Assembly: GCA_034661055.1 (NCBI GenBank)
Contig: JAYEKO010000025.1
Coordinates: forward strand, 1 to 20,935
Length of the DNA: 20,935 bases
Direction of reading: 5' to 3'
DNA from: Campylobacterota bacterium
GTDB taxonomy: Bacteria > Campylobacterota > Campylobacteria > Campylobacterales > Sulfurimonadaceae
Shown here: positions 18,514 to 20,935 of the stretch, piece after piece
How the letters are laid out: the number at the start of each line of letters is the position of its first letter
Position numbering within the stretch: position 1 is the first letter of the stretch
Notes under the pieces: generated by a model
What the model was told of the DNA's origin: nothing
Database searches by the model: none
The model's input: the letters and a program-made list of their open reading frames with translations, nothing else
Program-made: the position numbers and the translations under genes

Positions 18514-19956
18514 TTATTTTGACTTATTTAGAATGTCAATACGCGGAAATACAAATGTTGATTGACGATCAACAATCACTTTCTCTTTATTGTCAATTGC
18601 ATACGCACGAATAGTAATTGGAATAATTGAGTCTTTACGATCATTACTCACTAATACATCATCAGTGTAGAGAATAACTACTTTTTTCTTTTTAGCATTA
18701 GGTCTTGCTGTAAATGGTTCAGTAGGTTTTTTAATTTTAATCTTACCTTCCATACCTTCTGGAGCAATAACGTCAAAATAGTACTTATGTGGTTCATTAA
18801 GAGTATTTTGTAGTAAGAATACATAAGCATTTTCTACATGCACAACCTGTTCACTAACACGTTTAGTGCTGTAAAGGCGTCCCTCTTCTTTATTGATATT
18901 AAGCAACATATACTCTTTAGTGCTTCCCATCATTCCTAAAATTATTGTAATAACAACCAAAAGACCGATATATCCAAGAATTTTTGGACGAAAATAGTTA
19001 GTTTTACCTTTTTGCTCAATAACCTCTTTCTCACTAGACCATGTAACAAGACTCTCTTTGCCCAATTTACCCATAACCGTTACACAGGCATCAACACACT
19101 CTAGACAGTTAATACACTCTAGCTGTAGCCCTTTACGAATATCAATATGTGTTGGACATACTGTTACACAACTCTCGCAGGTTGTACACTCTGCTGTAGG
19201 AGTTACGGCTTGAAGATCCTTCTGTTTCTTATAGAGTTTATTATGATCATCATCGTAAATTTTACCCCCACGATGAGGATTGTAAATTGCCATAACCGTA
19301 TCGTCATCATAAAGTACTGACTGAATACGTGAATAGGGGCATACATAGACACAGAAATCCTCTTTTAACATTATGATGTCATATAGTAAAAATGCTACTG
19401 TCACTAAGATAGCTCCAAAAAGAACCATGTGATCACCTGGATTTTGTAGATAAACAAAGAAGTCCTCAGGTGGAACAAAGTACCACATCATATTTGAAGC
19501 AGCTAAAAAAGAGAGTGCTGTCCAAATTAAAATAGCGATGACTTTTTTCACCTTATTCTCTGTTTTGCTCATATCAGGATCTATTTGCTTGTTTTTAATT
19601 CGCTTACGCAGTCCTAAGATTTTTGTCTCAATAAGATCACGATAGACAACGCGAAAAATAGTTTGAGGACAGACCCATCCACAGAAGACACGACCACCAA
19701 GAACAGTCATACCAAAAACAGATATAAATAGAAGCATTAATAAAAATGGCATCAAATATAGCTCTTGCATATCAAACTGAATAAATGCAAGATGCAGTTT
19801 TAACTTATCAAAACTAAGTAGAAACAGATGACTTCCATCAACTGTAATCCAAGGAATTACTAATGACATTACTGTTACTAATATATAAAAATAGTACCTC
19901 TTGATTCGTAAAGGTGTTTTTTTCTTTGATTTCTCTTGTGTTGTTACATCAGACAT
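18514..19956 (-). CDS. ccoG: Cytochrome c oxidase accessory Fe-S membrane protein CcoG/FixG
   Basis: GRVFCGWVCPQT, FCVYVCPY, CTTCESCVTVCP, DIRKGLQLECINCLECVDAC, several TM helices and a C-terminal soluble domain. Confidence 0.95.
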   Translation of the reverse strand: MSDVTTQEKSKKKTPLRIKRYYFYILVTVMSLVIPWITVDGSHLFLLSFDKLKLHLAFIQFDMQELYLMPFLLMLLFISVFGMTVLGGRVFCGWVCPQTIFRVVYRDLIETKILGLRKRIKNKQIDPDMSKTENKVKKVIAILIWTALSFLAASNMMWYFVPPEDFFVYLQNPGDHMVLFGAILVTVAFLLYDIIMLKEDFCVYVCPYSRIQSVLYDDDTVMAIYNPHRGGKIYDDDHNKLYKKQKDLQAVTPTAECTTCESCVTVCPTHIDIRKGLQLECINCLECVDACVTVMGKLGKESLVTWSSEKEVIEQKGKTNYFRPKILGYIGLLVVITIILGMMGSTKEYMLLNINKEEGRLYSTKRVSEQVVHVENAYVFLLQNTLNEPHKYYFDVIAPEGMEGKIKIKKPTEPFTARPNAKKKKVVILYTDDVLVSNDRKDSIIPITIRAYAIDNKEKVIVDRQSTFVFPRIDILNKSK

Positions 19957-19959
19957 TAC

Positions 19960-20613
19960 TTACTCTCCTGTATTGGTTATTGTTGGGCACTGAATACTGT
20001 CAATGACCTTTTCTATAGCTTCTTGTGTGGTTGCTACATGGGTTGTGCTTACTGCAACTTCTCTTAACTCACGTGATTCAATATAGTCTTTAAGTGAACT
20101 ACGGCTAACATTAAGTTCTCTTGCCATCTCACTAACGCTTCTCTCTTCTCTTAGAAATCTTACAATATAATCTTGATACTGATCAAACTTTGATGATGAG
20201 CGACTTCCGCGTGGCCTTCCAATAGATTTTTTAGTCTCATCATAAAGTTTTTGACGCAACTGGTCAATGAGACCCAAAACAAGCATCACATTGCTATTTT
20301 TACTAACAACTACTGACTGCTTGATAATATGAATTGTCATTCTATTTTTTAACAGACAAGTGAACATCTGTACTAAATCTTCTATGTGACTACTAAGAAC
20401 CCACACATCATAGATAATGAGGGTACCTGACTCTAAAGAGCGAAAGTATGAAACAAGCTCATCTCTTTGTAAAAGGGTCTTGTTCTGTGACTTATGGTCA
20501 ACATACTCATTGTCAATTACAAGTGAGTTTTGATCAGCATAAAGGTTAATGTATTTTAGTTGTTCAAAAACACCAACAAAGTGTTTATCTGGACGAATAT
20601 AACTTATCAACAT
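19960..20613 (-). CDS. Resolvase/serine-recombinase-like protein with C-terminal HTH; catalytic residues absent
   Basis: N-terminus follows the resolvase pattern (SYIR..EQL..EYVD..S..QR.EL). GRPRG arm followed by HTH SVSEMARELNVSRSSLKDYI. Confidence 0.8.
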   Translation of the reverse strand: MLISYIRPDKHFVGVFEQLKYINLYADQNSLVIDNEYVDHKSQNKTLLQRDELVSYFRSLESGTLIIYDVWVLSSHIEDLVQMFTCLLKNRMTIHIIKQSVVVSKNSNVMLVLGLIDQLRQKLYDETKKSIGRPRGSRSSSKFDQYQDYIVRFLREERSVSEMARELNVSRSSLKDYIESRELREVAVSTTHVATTQEAIEKVIDSIQCPTITNTGE

Positions 20614-20651
20614 TTAAAGATAAAACCTCTCTCTTTCATAATTTCATCATC

Positions 20652-20705
20652 ATTATACATATAATTGACGTATTAAGTCAAGCAAATTGTCTATTTTTAC
20701 GTCAA
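20652..20705 (-). promoter_or_regulatory. Sigma70-type promoter (TTGACT-N18-TATAAT) overlapped by TTGAC/GTCAA inverted repeats
   Basis: Minus-strand TTGACT at 20681-20676 and TATAAT at 20657-20652. Palindromes TTGAC-N7-GTCAA (20665-20681) and TTGACGTA/TACGTCAA (20665-20672 and 20698-20705). Confidence 0.6.
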
Positions 20706-20708
20706 GTT

Positions 20709-20933
20709 TCAATTTATTTTATAATTATTATTATTCAATACTATTATTTCTCTTTCTAATTTTATATTGAACTCTTTAAACACTAATCGCTCAGCCTCTT
20801 CTATTAATGTCACTGCATCTCTATAACTTCCATCTGCAAAATTAACTAAAAAGTTAGCATGCTTATCACTAAATGCCATATCCCCTAGGCGTTTTTCTTT
20901 CAAGCCTACTACCTCAATTAAACGTCCAGCATA
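20709..20933 (-). CDS. murB: UDP-N-acetylenolpyruvoylglucosamine reductase, C-terminal part; 5' truncated by window edge
   Basis: Frame is open to the window edge: YAGRLIEVVGLK...FSDKHANFLVN...IKLEREI, the MurB C-terminal signature. Confidence 0.93.
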   Translation of the reverse strand, partial: YAGRLIEVVGLKEKRLGDMAFSDKHANFLVNFADGSYRDAVTLIEEAERLVFKEFNIKLEREIIVLNNNNYKIN

Positions 20934-20935
20934 GT

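Noticed and set aside
19960..20613. Active transposon resolvase or DNA invertase marking a mobile element
   Set aside because: Catalytic Ser/Arg residues are absent, no transposase, terminal repeats or target duplication are seen, and the flanks are housekeeping genes.
20709..20735. Short ATT repeat giving an NNNN tail on MurB
   Set aside because: Only about four units at a variable C-terminus; no evidence of function.

Overview
AT-rich window with no RNA genes or CRISPR arrays seen. Gene content and TGnTAnAAT-type promoters suggest Campylobacterota, most likely Sulfurimonas/Sulfurovum-like (inference). Bases 1-10.7 kb are the end of an accessory surface-polysaccharide locus: an AsnB-type amidotransferase (partial), a GT4, a CE4-like deacetylase, a 1070-aa lipoprotein with an unknown N-terminal domain fused to a PL1 pectate-lyase-like domain, a membrane-anchored CpsB/CapC-like PHP protein, a Wzc tyrosine kinase and a 7-blade RCC1/BLIP-II lipoprotein. 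Bases 10.7-20.9 kb are mostly housekeeping: lspA, glmM, rpsT, prfA, Bax-like GH73, dapF, coaE, short SpeE-like, DUF2892, purM, ccoG, a resolvase-like gene and partial murB. Two leads stand out. (1) A signal peptide/SPOR-like/TM/catalytically degenerate PHP 'pseudophosphatase' sits next to wzc and may be a transmembrane regulator or localiser of capsule synthesis. (2) A serine-recombinase homologue lacking its catalytic Ser/Arg residues but keeping its HTH lies just upstream of ccoG, behind TTGAC/GTCAA inverted repeats. An unannotated DUF2892/HD-GYP deletion relic and a REP-like palindrome lie between purM and ccoG. All family calls come from recognising motifs by eye; no searches were run.
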